From: Neoechinorhynchus agilis
Taxonomy: Eukaryota; Animalia; Acanthocephala
Assembly (NCBI GenBank): GCA_051530055.1
Contig: CM121342.1
Span: forward strand, 716,797-780,796
Direction of reading: 5' to 3'
DNA: 64,000 nt
A program made the position numbers and the translations under genes. The notes beneath the pieces were generated by a model, which searched no databases, was not told the origin of the DNA, and saw only the letters and a list, made by a program, of their open reading frames with translations. Below, in pieces: positions 13,219-24,255 of this stretch; within the stretch, counting starts at the first letter, position 1, and each line of letters opens with the position of its first letter.

Positions 13219-14594
13219 CTCATGGTGCTTTTGTCCGGGCCTTGAATGTTAAAGTGAAGAAACTCATTGAAGCGCGAGTAAACGGCGTTAGTAACCATTG
13301 TAATACTGCGATAACTTGAGATGCATTAAATAATGGTGTGATTTCTGCGTACTTTTCAGAACTCGGGATTCCTAGCTTATTGCAAGAAAGTCCCACTTTT
13401 AGTAGTATACGTTGAAAATGATTATACTAGTCATCTAAAGCGATGGGAATGAGTAGTGACAAGTCGGATGAGAATACTCTTCTTAAATTCATTAAAATCT
13501 TGACTATCCATATTGTACGGGGGATTTAAAACCATCATAGATGATTTTAGTGATAGATCAACATATAGTACTTTCTTGATGATAAAAATTTTTCAGATAG
13601 TTCTTTTCAAGAAGCATCCACAAATAAGAATAGATAGTGCCAATTTGTTAAGTTCACCTGAAATTTTTAGCTTACATCCCATCAATTATGCGAATGCGCT
13701 CTCGGTTTTTGAAACTTATGTAATTTTTAGAAAAAAGTTTTGTAGTGTTTTAAAGAGCATTTTAGCGTGGTTAAGTTGTTCCATTTCGGTATCCTTTTAT
13801 ATTAAGTATAAAATCATAGAATTAACATCGTCAAGTTTACAATTATATCAAAACTGTTTTCTGAGTATCATCGTTGCTTATAATTTTGCTTTTTGATCGA
13901 TGACCGTGATATACTTCCAATCCAAACTTTTAATGTCCATTGATTTGCTAAATTCGGATAGCTCACCGAACCGTATCATTTTCGTTGTAAATGACAACTT
14001 GATCTTCCTCGTGCCTGAATTTCATACTTCCTCTTTCGATTAGCCACACAAACGTTCTGATTTAGAGGTATTTACCAAAGGAATATTTGACAAAGTACGC
14101 AAAGAGTGATAATGTTTTTAAATGTACTTTAAATTTCGCTTTTTCTGTAGACAAAAAATATGATTTAAAATTCTGAATAATTCTTCTAATCTTAAGTTAC
14201 AAGTCGGAATATCACATGATGACACTTGACAATAACTGGAAAATGAACCCAAATTTAATAGAATTCTTAAATCGGAAACCAAGAATTTACTACATATGAA
14301 AGAGGTCTTTTTATAAGATATGCATTTACAATCAACATTGTTGAATTTAGAAGTCCGATTAATCATTAAGGAAGACCAAGAACAAGTGCTTACAATTTAA
14401 CTAAGATAAATCACGTTAACAAATTCTGTGAATATTTAATTGCCCATAGTGCATTTCGTCATTGGTTCTAACTAAAATACCCAGTTGATCTTGAATACTA
14501 CGGGTTCGTTGAGGAATACCGCGGTTATCGACGAATAAATTGTTACCAGGGCAACAAGAATTTCTGAAGTGTTGACAGCCTTGTAAATCAGCGA

Positions 14595-14993
14595 ATGGGC
14601 GAAGCAGACAAACCCGTCGATCTACCGATATCGGAAGAGAAAGATCGCTCACCTATAAAAATTCTCAAACGACAATATACACTCATTGAGCGACCAAATG
14701 AGAACGATGCTATTTGTCCAATCTGTCATTCAAAACTGCGATTTCACTGCCCAGATTGCGTTCATTCACATTTCCATTCAACCACAAATGCCGGACTCTC
14801 TCAATGTGAAATAGAAACAGGAAATTGCAGTCATTCATTCCATCGGCACTGCATTCGAAGGTGGCTTAGACAAAGGAGAAGATGCCCTCTTTGCCAAGCA
14901 TCGTGGCCTAGGGAACACGGCGGCCGTTTTCAAGCTGGGAGCGGCGACCTTAGTTTTTGGTTCTCCGATGATTCTTTGGCTGATGTACCTTAA
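14595..14993 (+). CDS. RBX1/RBX2/APC11-family RING-H2 protein, intronless
   Basis: CPIC...CPDC...GNCSHSFHRHCIRRWL...CPLCQASW matches the cullin/APC RING-H2 pattern. The exact orthologue cannot be assigned by eye. Confidence 0.85.
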   Translation: MGEADKPVDLPISEEKDRSPIKILKRQYTLIERPNENDAICPICHSKLRFHCPDCVHSHFHSTTNAGLSQCEIETGNCSHSFHRHCIRRWLRQRRRCPLCQASWPREHGGRFQAGSGDLSFWFSDDSLADVP

Positions 14994-16002
14994 TAATTAT
15001 GTATTTTTGAGAAAAAGATTTAACTTTTGTCTTGATAACATAAATCATATTTAAGCGAAAAGACTAACATTGTGCTTAGCTTCTTCAATTTTTCCAAGTA
15101 GTGCTTCCAATATTGGAATTAGATTAAGAGGTTTTGCTTGGGTAACGACAGTAAAGATTTCCTAACGATCTTTTCTCGACGCTTATGCGATCATACTGAT
15201 TTTCAAAGTTTTTTGATACTAACAACTCGATCAACTGTCATACGCTTGTTTTGCAAACAACCGAAAAAAGGACAAGATTGTGCAGAAGTATCGGATTTAA
15301 TAAATTCTTTTATTTTTTACGCCATAAACAATCATGAATAGTTAAACTATAAACTGGCGGCTACTGTGAAGTAGAAAATCGATTTTGATGGAGATGATCT
15401 CCTAGGCTGCATGTCATGTGCCTTACGATGATCGATTTGACGACCATTTAAGCTTTTAGCGTGAACAATTTAAAAGTCATTTTTATATATGCGACGAAAA
15501 ATTAAGAACGAATAAATTTGTATTGCTAATCATTTGACTGAATTTCGAGAGCCGTCATATCTAAAAACAAAAATGCAATAATGAGTGTTTTGTGAAATGT
15601 CGAAATGCGTGTATGTCCACCGGATTTTTTCGCTGATAAATCATCACTCGGATCATAACAATCAGCGGCAAGCACGAAATTTGGAACTTAAAGTAGGTAG
15701 GCAATCGAATTCGATTGTGTTTGATAAAACTACAATATGAGCACCAAGTGACGGATATATTTTCTTCAGTTTGAATTGCGAAAAAAACCTCTTTGATATT
15801 GAGTTTAATGGATCCTATTGCTTCAACAAAGGGAAATTTATTAAGTCGGCAAACACGAAGTCTTGTCCGATGTTCAATTGCGAATTTTTGCTCAGAGATC
15901 ACAACTCATTAAAAAATAGGAAAACCTGCGCATCGGTTTCCATTTGAAATCCAGAAACCATCGCGATCATGAAAAGAGAGTTCATTACGGATCATAGTTA
16001 GA

Positions 16003-16661
16003 TTAATTTGAATTCAATGCATTCTTTATGTCATTTTCCAGGGATCTCACCCTTTCCCCATGATGCCAGTACTCCATCAATCGTCCATCTCGGCCAATCA
16101 GATATTTCCAATAGTTCCACTGAGGAGCACTTGCTTCTTCTATTTTGTCAATATTTTTGATTTCAACAAAGAGGGGTTGGTCAAACCTTCTAAAAATCTC
16201 CACAAATTGGATTGATTGTCTCCCCTAAGCACGTTCACTTTGGCAAGTACAGGGAAATTCACTTCAAAATGCGATTGAACAAATTTTTGAATATCCGCAT
16301 CGGACTGCAAAACAGCGATTTTTTATCTATTATAAACACTACTTACACTGAACTCTTGTTGACCGAATTGGTTGCAAGGAAAAGCGAGAACTGTGAAATT
16401 GTCTTTTGCATATTTGGCTTGCAAAGGCACTAAAGACTCATAGTTGTCGTCAACGTACCGGCAATAACTTGCAACGTTTACAATAAGAAGAACCTTATTG
16501 GATTTTCTTAAATTGAGATGACTTCGATTTAAATAGATGCTTACATATCCACGATACTGCTCAAGGGAAAACTCGTTTCCATGGGCGTCCTTTACAGTAT
16601 AATCAAAAACTGATTTTGTATAAGCGAGAGACGCTATTCCGAGTAACAGGATGCAAAGCAT
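16003..16661 (-). CDS. GPX7: Cys-type glutathione peroxidase, GPX7/8-like with signal peptide, 4 exons
   Basis: Motifs NVASYC, LAFPCNQFGQQE, VNFPVLAKV, PQWNYWKYLIGRDG. Three short GT-AG introns restore the frame. The active-site codon is TGC. Confidence 0.88.
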
Positions 16662-17137
16662 TCGTGCGCGTGCTTCTTGCAGTTCAGTGTATATTCCACG
16701 TTGTCTGCTTTGGCAAGCAGCAAGAAGGAAATTCTGCATTATGTGATTCTGGTAAGAATCGGATACATTCACCGGTAAAAAAAAGATAACAACTATCATG
16801 ACAACTCGTACCGAAGCACATTTCGACGTTCACTTTAAGTTCCTACATCATATTGGCAATTCGTGGATGGAAAATTTGCCACAATTAACCACCAAATTTA
16901 AATAGAAAATACAGAAAAGTTCTTCCTTAATTTTCACATTCAATGCACGGCTCGCAAATATCTAAAAAAAATCGAAACACTAAACTCGTAATTCTGATTA
17001 GAATCGAATTTTAGCCAGAGAACGTTTACTTAACGATTATGACTTCGTTGAAAAATCGCTCGCCCCGGTCAAAACAGGTTTTTTAATTCGGAAATAAAAA
17101 AGGTAAAGTGAATTACTCTTAATTAAATGTTGAGATG

Positions 17138-17237
17138 GCCATTATTACATGGCTGATCATTTTCCATGGGCACACAGAACATCAATGCGAGCCAGGGAAG
17201 CGCATCCTAAGGAAAATGATCAGCCACGTAATGATGG
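17138..17237. repeat. Short 27-bp inverted repeat (hairpin element)
   Basis: ccattattacatggctgatcattttcc ... ggaaaatgatcagccacgtaatgatgg with a ~45-nt spacer. Confidence 0.6.
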
Positions 17238-17529
17238 TAAATTCAATACTTAATAAAAAGTAACCGGCTAGCCAGACGTAAGGCAAAAATTACTCTTAGT
17301 TGACATGCGAACACGCAATTATTAGCTGATATTAAAATTCTTATAACCTTTCAATATGGTTTGACGTATTTTGTTCGGCAACGAAGGACTAAAAAGATTT
17401 GCATTTTATATTTGAGTTTAGAATCTAAGAAGCGTGATTTATAATGTGGAAATTAGTTTTTGACCAAAAATAAGAAATTCTTGAGAGAAACATCTCGATT
17501 TTTTAATTCCTCAGTTTTTGTCAGGAATT

Positions 17530-18900
17530 TTAAAATTGTGATATGGACAACTGATAATTTCTTAATATAAACCGCCTTTCCCGCAAAATTCTTGTAATCT
17601 CATTAAGTGCTTCAATAGAAGGAAATTCAAGAAAATAAATCATGAGCGACCAGACGTATTTTTCATACTTTCTAATACTTAAAACCGAAATTATCTTTGT
17701 TTCCTTCCGGTTTCGCCCTCTTAAACAAAAAAAATAAGTGCCACCAAAATCAGCACGGTGTTGAAAAGTCTCTTGATGATTCGAAATGGCCGAGAAATGC
17801 TCTAATTGACTGTAAGCTTGCCAATGTTGGGCGATTCTCTTCTTAATGTCTTGCATCGTTCGCTCGAAATTCACTCTATCACACTGTTCACAGTGCATTC
17901 TGTAGATCCCATGAGTCGGCTCAGTATTACCTTTCCTCTTGCATGTGTTTCTAAGGACGATTCCTTTATTATTATAGAGTCGAATTCCAGTCTTCTTACT
18001 CATAATGGAGTAAATCATGTGATTATGCTCATAATTGATGAAATGCATTCTTATGAAGCATACAGATTCTCCAGACGATTTGTTTTGTTTTGTGGTCGGT
18101 GGTTACAGCTTTTTATTCAACGACCTATTATCCAATGAGATATCCCGTCATTTTCAACTTGACTATTTTGTCCCTTTCCTTACTCCACGTAACTCGAGTG
18201 GACGAGGTCAGGGAGTCTCTTCTGAAATACGAAGTGACCGTACAGATATTATGTCTCACCGATGGATAATTAGACCACTTTGGTGGTCCCCATGGCACGT
18301 TTGGCTTACGAATTAAAGCAGTGGTTAATTTTCCTTGCATTGGAAGATTAAGCAGAAAGTCCAGAAACGAAATCTCACCATTGTCATTCTCTCTCGATTG
18401 ACTGTGCGCTGTATGTGTTATTTTACACGACTATGAAGTTCCAAGAAAATGGACTCATAATCGTGCATGTAGATGCCGTCCAAGGTCGGAGCAAGCGGCG
18501 AGCCCATGGCTACAAATCTTAGAAATAACCCTCAAATTCAAAGAAAGTTATACTCGTGCACCACTGGATTAGGGAAAACCCGGGTACCGAGGTCCAAACG
18601 TTGTTCGCTGCAATGCTTAGTAAGATAGCAAATAATTCAATCGTTTTGGTCAAAGGGACATTGGTTAACAGAACGTTCACATCGGCCGTAAACATTCTGT
18701 AGAGTTTAACGTTAACTTCCTTGGTCTCATTCGCAAACGTAGGTCCATCCTTGATGTGCGAAGCGGAAGTTGTTAAAATTAATGTTAATAAAACACTGAT
18801 CCTTTTGGATTAGGCGATGATTAAAACACATATAACTGGTTTTAATGGGATGGTATTGAAGGATGGGCTTGTGAATCTTCGGGCTGTGTCCAACACAATG
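17530..18900 (-). mobile_element. Degenerate Penelope-like retroelement (RT + GIY-YIG), interrupted on the right by the non-LTR element
   Basis: GIYRMHCEQC...KKRIAQH...SAISNHQE (GIY-YIG). SPKIHKP, SHIKDGPTFA, FTADV and GEISFLDFLL parallel the element at 50.3-52.4 kb. Stops and frameshifts present. Confidence 0.8.
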
Positions 18901-18992
18901 GAAATAAACAAAGCTAATTTTAGCTTAAAATTACTATCCAGCGACGTAAAAAATCAATGGAAAACGCAAGCGCTGAGGGTGCGAGCGGCTAA

Positions 18993-20291
18993 ATGGCCCA
19001 AAGGTTATCAATGTTTTCGCAACCTGTTGTTGCGGCGGAGGGTGGCAAACGGCCACCCAATACTCTGAAAATACCTATATCGTCTTCAACAAGAGAGCTA
19101 TTGCTCTCTAAACCAAACAACCCAAGCAGCTCTCACGAGGAACTTATCTTCCTGGAGGCACCATTGAAGAAGAAATCCAATGTTATTACTCTAAAAGCTA
19201 ATCCCACTCTACCACGTGAAGAACTATTCAAACGCTTCCTTTCCCCTTGGCTTAAAACGCTGAACGACGACATCATAAGAATCAACTCTACTACATACTT
19301 CGCAGGTCAATTAAAAATATACTTCAATGGTAATCTTCATCTAAGCAACTTTCACAAGTTCATCGAAACGAATTGTGACACGTCCGGAGTTCATCCTGAA
19401 ATTGACACTGCAGATAAAAAATCGTTCGAGAACAAATTTGGATGCGAGATACTATTCTTCCTCAAATCGGCTCGTACAGCCAAGTTTATTCCCAAGGCGG
19501 TAGTAAAAGCTCCGGCCGACCGAAGGGACGCACTGATAAAGGAGAGATGTTGCTTCCAGGGGATGGAAGTTAATTTTTCAATGAATGATATTTCAAGATT
19601 AGACGACTTTACGTTTCCACGGTGCAGCATTTGGCAATCCTGGGGACATTGGTCCCAAAGATGCCCCACTAAAAAGTCCGTTTGTGCGTTTTGTGCGCGG
19701 AACCACCATTCGTCAACTTGCCCGAAGGACTTAAAATGTTGCGCTAACTGTAAAAAGGAAGGACATTGTGCTTTCTCGAAATCATGTCCAATTTTCAAAC
19801 AATATCTCAATTGGGCTCAAAGGACATACACAAATAACAGTGCTAAATCAGTACGTCCGGCTCCAAGTAAGATAGCAGCCCATGAATCTGCTCCCCCACC
19901 GCCGAACAAATGGCCCTCTGAGCGAACGTCCCCGGACGAAGTTTCTATCGACGAAAAACTTCGTCACTTTTCGGATAAGATCATGCAGATGGTAGATCTC
20001 CGAATAAATATGGCTATACAAGGAATCGAGAAAAGATTGGCCTCTCATCTGGATGCCCTAATGGCTACTATAACATCACGTTTGGACAACTTGTTTCCTC
20101 ACGGATCTATAGACAGCCCGATTTCTTGCAAACGTGTTCGTAAAGCGTCTCCTGTCAATCCGAACCTATCCAACTCAGATGTTGAGATGCACGAGAACGA
20201 ACTCTTCGTTCGGGATATTATCCAAGAACAATCTCAGGTTTGTGAAACGGGAGTTCACAAACTTATTCAAGAATGCTCAGTACGGAGTTAA
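18993..20291 (+). CDS. Non-LTR retrotransposon ORF1 (gag-like, three zinc knuckles), module 1
   Basis: CSIWQSWGHWSQRC, CAFCARNHHSSTC, CANCKKEGHCAFSKSC, followed by a predicted coiled-coil region. Confidence 0.85.
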   Translation: MAQRLSMFSQPVVAAEGGKRPPNTLKIPISSSTRELLLSKPNNPSSSHEELIFLEAPLKKKSNVITLKANPTLPREELFKRFLSPWLKTLNDDIIRINSTTYFAGQLKIYFNGNLHLSNFHKFIETNCDTSGVHPEIDTADKKSFENKFGCEILFFLKSARTAKFIPKAVVKAPADRRDALIKERCCFQGMEVNFSMNDISRLDDFTFPRCSIWQSWGHWSQRCPTKKSVCAFCARNHHSSTCPKDLKCCANCKKEGHCAFSKSCPIFKQYLNWAQRTYTNNSAKSVRPAPSKIAAHESAPPPPNKWPSERTSPDEVSIDEKLRHFSDKIMQMVDLRINMAIQGIEKRLASHLDALMATITSRLDNLFPHGSIDSPISCKRVRKASPVNPNLSNSDVEMHENELFVRDIIQEQSQVCETGVHKLIQECSVRS

Positions 20292-22689
20292 GGATCGTGC
20301 AGTGGAACTCTGGCGGACGGGTTAGTATCCATAAACTGCTCTCAGAGGCCTGGCGGTGCAGCATCATCTTTATTCAGGAGTCCAAGTCTGTCTATAATGT
20401 TCACGACCTACCTCAAGGTCTAAGCTCACTGACCGAACAATTTGTCTTATTCTGTACCCCTCCTCATTCGCCCAATTCCCAAGGTCTACTGTCTTTTTTC
20501 CTGCCTTCTCTCGGTCCCACACAGATCACATCGTTTTCCTCCGATGATCTGTCTTATTCAATTTTTTCAGTTTGTATTAAAGGCTCTAAACTTCTGTTAG
20601 CTAACATCTATGTCCGGCCCCATAAGATACATCTCCCTCGCAATAAGTCCATTTTGAAGAACATCTTAGGGTCAGGTATTGACTTTTGTTTTGGCGACTT
20701 TAATGATCCTTCGCAGAAATGGATCAATTCTATTATTCGTTCTGGAGAATCCCACAACCTCATTACGCCCGATTATCCTACTTTTACTGACGGATCTTCA
20801 TCCTCGTACCTGGATCTGTGTATATACCGAAAAAGTGGCTTCTACAAACCTATTTTAATTTCTCAATCCTCTGTATTCCAAGTCGCTGGACACGACGTTT
20901 TAACTTGGGAGCTCGACAAGAACGTTCTGTTATCGCGAAAGTTCAAATTGGGATGGTTAAATGTTAGTCTCTTTAATGCTGCTACCCGCTTTTATCTCTC
21001 TGGGTCAAAATCCACCGAGCTTAAAGATATTAACAATTTTTTGGCTGACACTAGTAACAATTTCCTTACCACAGTTAGGAGATCAGTAGGAGTACCTCGG
21101 AAATCCAACCTATTATCCCTTTATGGTAGGGAACTCTTTAAAGCTAAGGCAGCGGGCGACACTAGATCCTGTAAGTTTTGGTCATCTCTTTACTGGCCGT
21201 GCAAGGTCAGATTCCAGATCGCCCAAGATCGCAAAATGATCAGCAAGTATCTACCCCATTCATCGGAATGGTGGAGAGTTGTAAACCGGAAACGCTCCTT
21301 CCCTGGAAAAGGGCAGCTGCAGCCTGGATTAGATCTTCAGGCTTTGATACAGTCATCAGGGCGCTTTGTTCCGAACACTCGAATGAGGCCAGTCCGATCC
21401 CCATAGCCAGTAACTTCATACTTCCCAAACCACGGAGAATTGATCTCACCAAAAAGGATTTTTTACAGTGGTGGACCTCTAAGAACCTCACCTCATGCAA
21501 CGGCTCTTCAGCCTGTTTTAAAGCAACCAACGTTTTGAGCAGGGATAACATAGCATCCTTGGCCAGTGTCATGCTACTAGCCTCTCCTGAAGAATGGTCA
21601 GAAATTAATATTTCAAAAAGGATTTTCCTACGCAAGGGTAAGGTTCGATCAATATCTTCTTCGGAAAATGTGAGACCAATCTCTATCCAAAACTCTTTGG
21701 TTTCCATCTATGAGAGAGTCTTGGCAAAGCGGATTGTCGAGTTCTCCTGTGAGCATGATCTCATCGATAGACGATGCCATGGTTTCGTTCCCGGCAGATC
21801 AGTTCATTCCGCTATGAACGAAATTATACGTAATTTTGGACAGAACCGTCGTGCCATGAATATCTTGATTTCGTTTGATATCAGCAAGGCATTTGACAAT
21901 ATTAATATCGATTTTATCCTAAATATCTTACGCTTTTTTAACTTTCCTTTCAATTACATAGCTAGGGTTCACAATACCCTGAAGTCCAAACGGTTTTTCT
22001 TCTCGGATGATCCCGCTCGCTTGGTTTACTATCAGGTTAAAGGAGTTCCCCAAGGCTCTCCTTTATCACCGATTCTCTTCTGCTTAGCCTCCCAATATAT
22101 TGTTCAAAACTGTAAAATCTGTCGTTCAATCACCATGTACGCGGACGACCTCACCGTGGTTATAAAAGAGGGCAACTATGTACAAGCTCAAAAGAAGCTT
22201 GCAGCAGTTCTCAATTTCCTAAAAGAAAAACTTCCACACATGGGGCTTGCACTAAATAATAATAAGACCAAGTTTTTAATAAAATCAAAATCCGTCGTTG
22301 GTAAGCGACACATTAGAGACTTTGTCAAGAGGTTTTTCGCCCTTGATTTTTTCCCGGTTTTTCATAGACTCAACATTCTGGGTTTTACCCTCAGTAGTAA
22401 TCTGTCATTCTCGGCTGACCTGAATAAGATGAAACGACTCTTCAAATGTGCTAATGCCAAAGCAAAGCGTGCTGCCCGACTAGGCCTCAATCTTAAGTCT
22501 AGCAAATCTATATGGAACGCGTGGGCCATATCTGGTCTAGTCTTCTATTCTAGAGGACGACCGCCCGAACAACGCCAGAGCTTCCGATGCACCTTCCTGA
22601 GACTCTGCTCCACTCTCCCTTTCGCATGGGCAAACACCGTCGACTGGACCGCCAAAGTGGATAAATGGACAGCCATCGGCAATGATTGA
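20273..22689 (+). CDS. Non-LTR ORF2 (APE endonuclease + reverse transcriptase), module 1, with a 1-nt frameshift at ~21300
   Basis: APE motifs QWN, IQES, GDFN. RT motifs RPISI, HGFVPGRS, DISKAFD, GVPQGSPLSP, YADD. The frame switch KRSF/PWK aligns with module 2 RYIPWK. Confidence 0.9.
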
Positions 22690-22733
22690 AACGTTTGATT
22701 GACTCAGTCTTTCTCACATGGTCCTTTGCGAAT

Positions 22734-24249
22734 ATGCGCACCAATGTTTTGGCGGAGGGTGGCAAACGGCCACCCACTTCCCTGAGAATTCCCGTACCTC
22801 CGGAGGTTCGGAGTAGTATTCTCAAAGACATGAAGCGCGACAAACAGCCATCAATCACTGATTCAGGATCGAATCCCACTTCTCAGTTCCTGTTGGAAGG
22901 GTCCCTTTCTGATGAAATCCCCCAACAGCTGACATCTTCATTCAAAACTCAACGCGAGTACCTAGCCCTTCCGGTCAAGAGATGGCCGTATATACTCACA
23001 ATCAAGTCAAATCCGATTATGCCTAAGGACGTAATCTACAACCAAAGCGTTGCTCCGTGGACGCGCTCATTCCATAACGATGGAGTTAAACGAATTGATC
23101 GTATTACTTATTTCGGAGGTATTCTGAGAGTGTACCTAACGGACAGTATTTGGTTATCCAACTTGAAGGACTTTGTTAAATCCAAGCTTCCCAGGGATGT
23201 CTTCTCGGTGGAAGAGATTACTCAAAGGGTACAGTTCATGGCTAACGGTCTACAGCCCAATTTAGCTGCTGAAGACAAAGTAGAGTTCGAAAAACTTTTC
23301 AACGTGAAGATAAAATTTTTCCTCAACTCCAGAAGGTCTGGCACTCCTATCTCGATAGCGATGGTGGAAGGATCCAGGCAAGTTAGGGATGACCTCTGTA
23401 AAAAAATGCACTGTGCCTTTAATTGTTTTGCGATTCGATTCACACAGAAATCGGGAAGCCATCAAGATGACTATATTTTTCCTCACTGCAACCTTTGCCA
23501 CAAATGGGGACACTGGGTTCAACATTGCCCCAATCCGGATTCCCCGAAATGTGTTCACTGTGCTGAGACAGGTCATTCTGCTCAAAATTGCCCAAACAAG
23601 TCAATCAAAAGATGTGTCAATTGCAATGGACAACACTCTGTATTTTACAAAGGATGTCCTGAATTCAAGAAGTATTGGAATTGGGCTCAAAACGGGCAGC
23701 CCTTTGCTAAAAAAAGCGATAGCGCCGGGTGGAGACCGGCTGTCGCAGCAAACTCGTTCGCAGTGCCTCTTCATAGAGCAACCCCCTTTTCAAAAGATAA
23801 CGATCTTGAAGAGCTCGGACTCTAAAGACTCGCATCGCTTACCTCCATCGCAGTTGGTTACCATGGAAATTCTGGAGGAACGTTTAGAGGAGTCTTGTAA
23901 CAAACTTCTAACGGTCATGCAGGCGCGCTTCACTGAGGCCATCGTGGCTTTTGAGAGGAAGCTGAGTACACTCATTGGGAACTTGGTCAATCTTCCTGAT
24001 TTGATTTCATCGAGTTTACCTAGTCAACGTGGTGCAAAGCTAAAAAGAGCGAATGCGACGGAAAAAAACTCTCATGGGGCCAAGAAACTCAATGTCGATT
24101 CTAGTATAAACCACTCAGATATCGAGGACGTCGTCATGGAAGTCGAAGAAACCGACTCTGAATATGTTAACAGGATCATTAACACTCAATCCTCGCTCAT
24201 TAACAACGGAACTGCGGCCCTAATATCAGATGAAGTCGCCAGAATATGA
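22734..24249 (+). CDS. Non-LTR ORF1 (gag-like, three zinc knuckles), module 2, with a 1-nt frameshift at ~23785
   Basis: CNLCHKWGHWVQHC, CVHCAETGHSAQNC, CVNCNGQHSVFYKGC. The C-terminal half continues in the 23389 frame and parallels module 1. Confidence 0.85.
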
Positions 24250-24255
24250 TAACTC

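Noticed and set aside
12248-13252. ORFs 12248-12430, 12502-12792, 12552-12824 and 12950-13252
   Set aside because: They overlap the 28S rRNA fragment and are chance frames.
16003-16661. Selenoprotein GPx with SECIS
   Set aside because: The active-site codon is TGC (Cys) and there is no in-frame TGA.
23780-23792. CCCTTTT as a programmed -1 frameshift in ORF1b
   Set aside because: The heptamer is not phased X_XXY_YYZ in the upstream frame, the required shift is +1, and module 1 is uninterrupted here.
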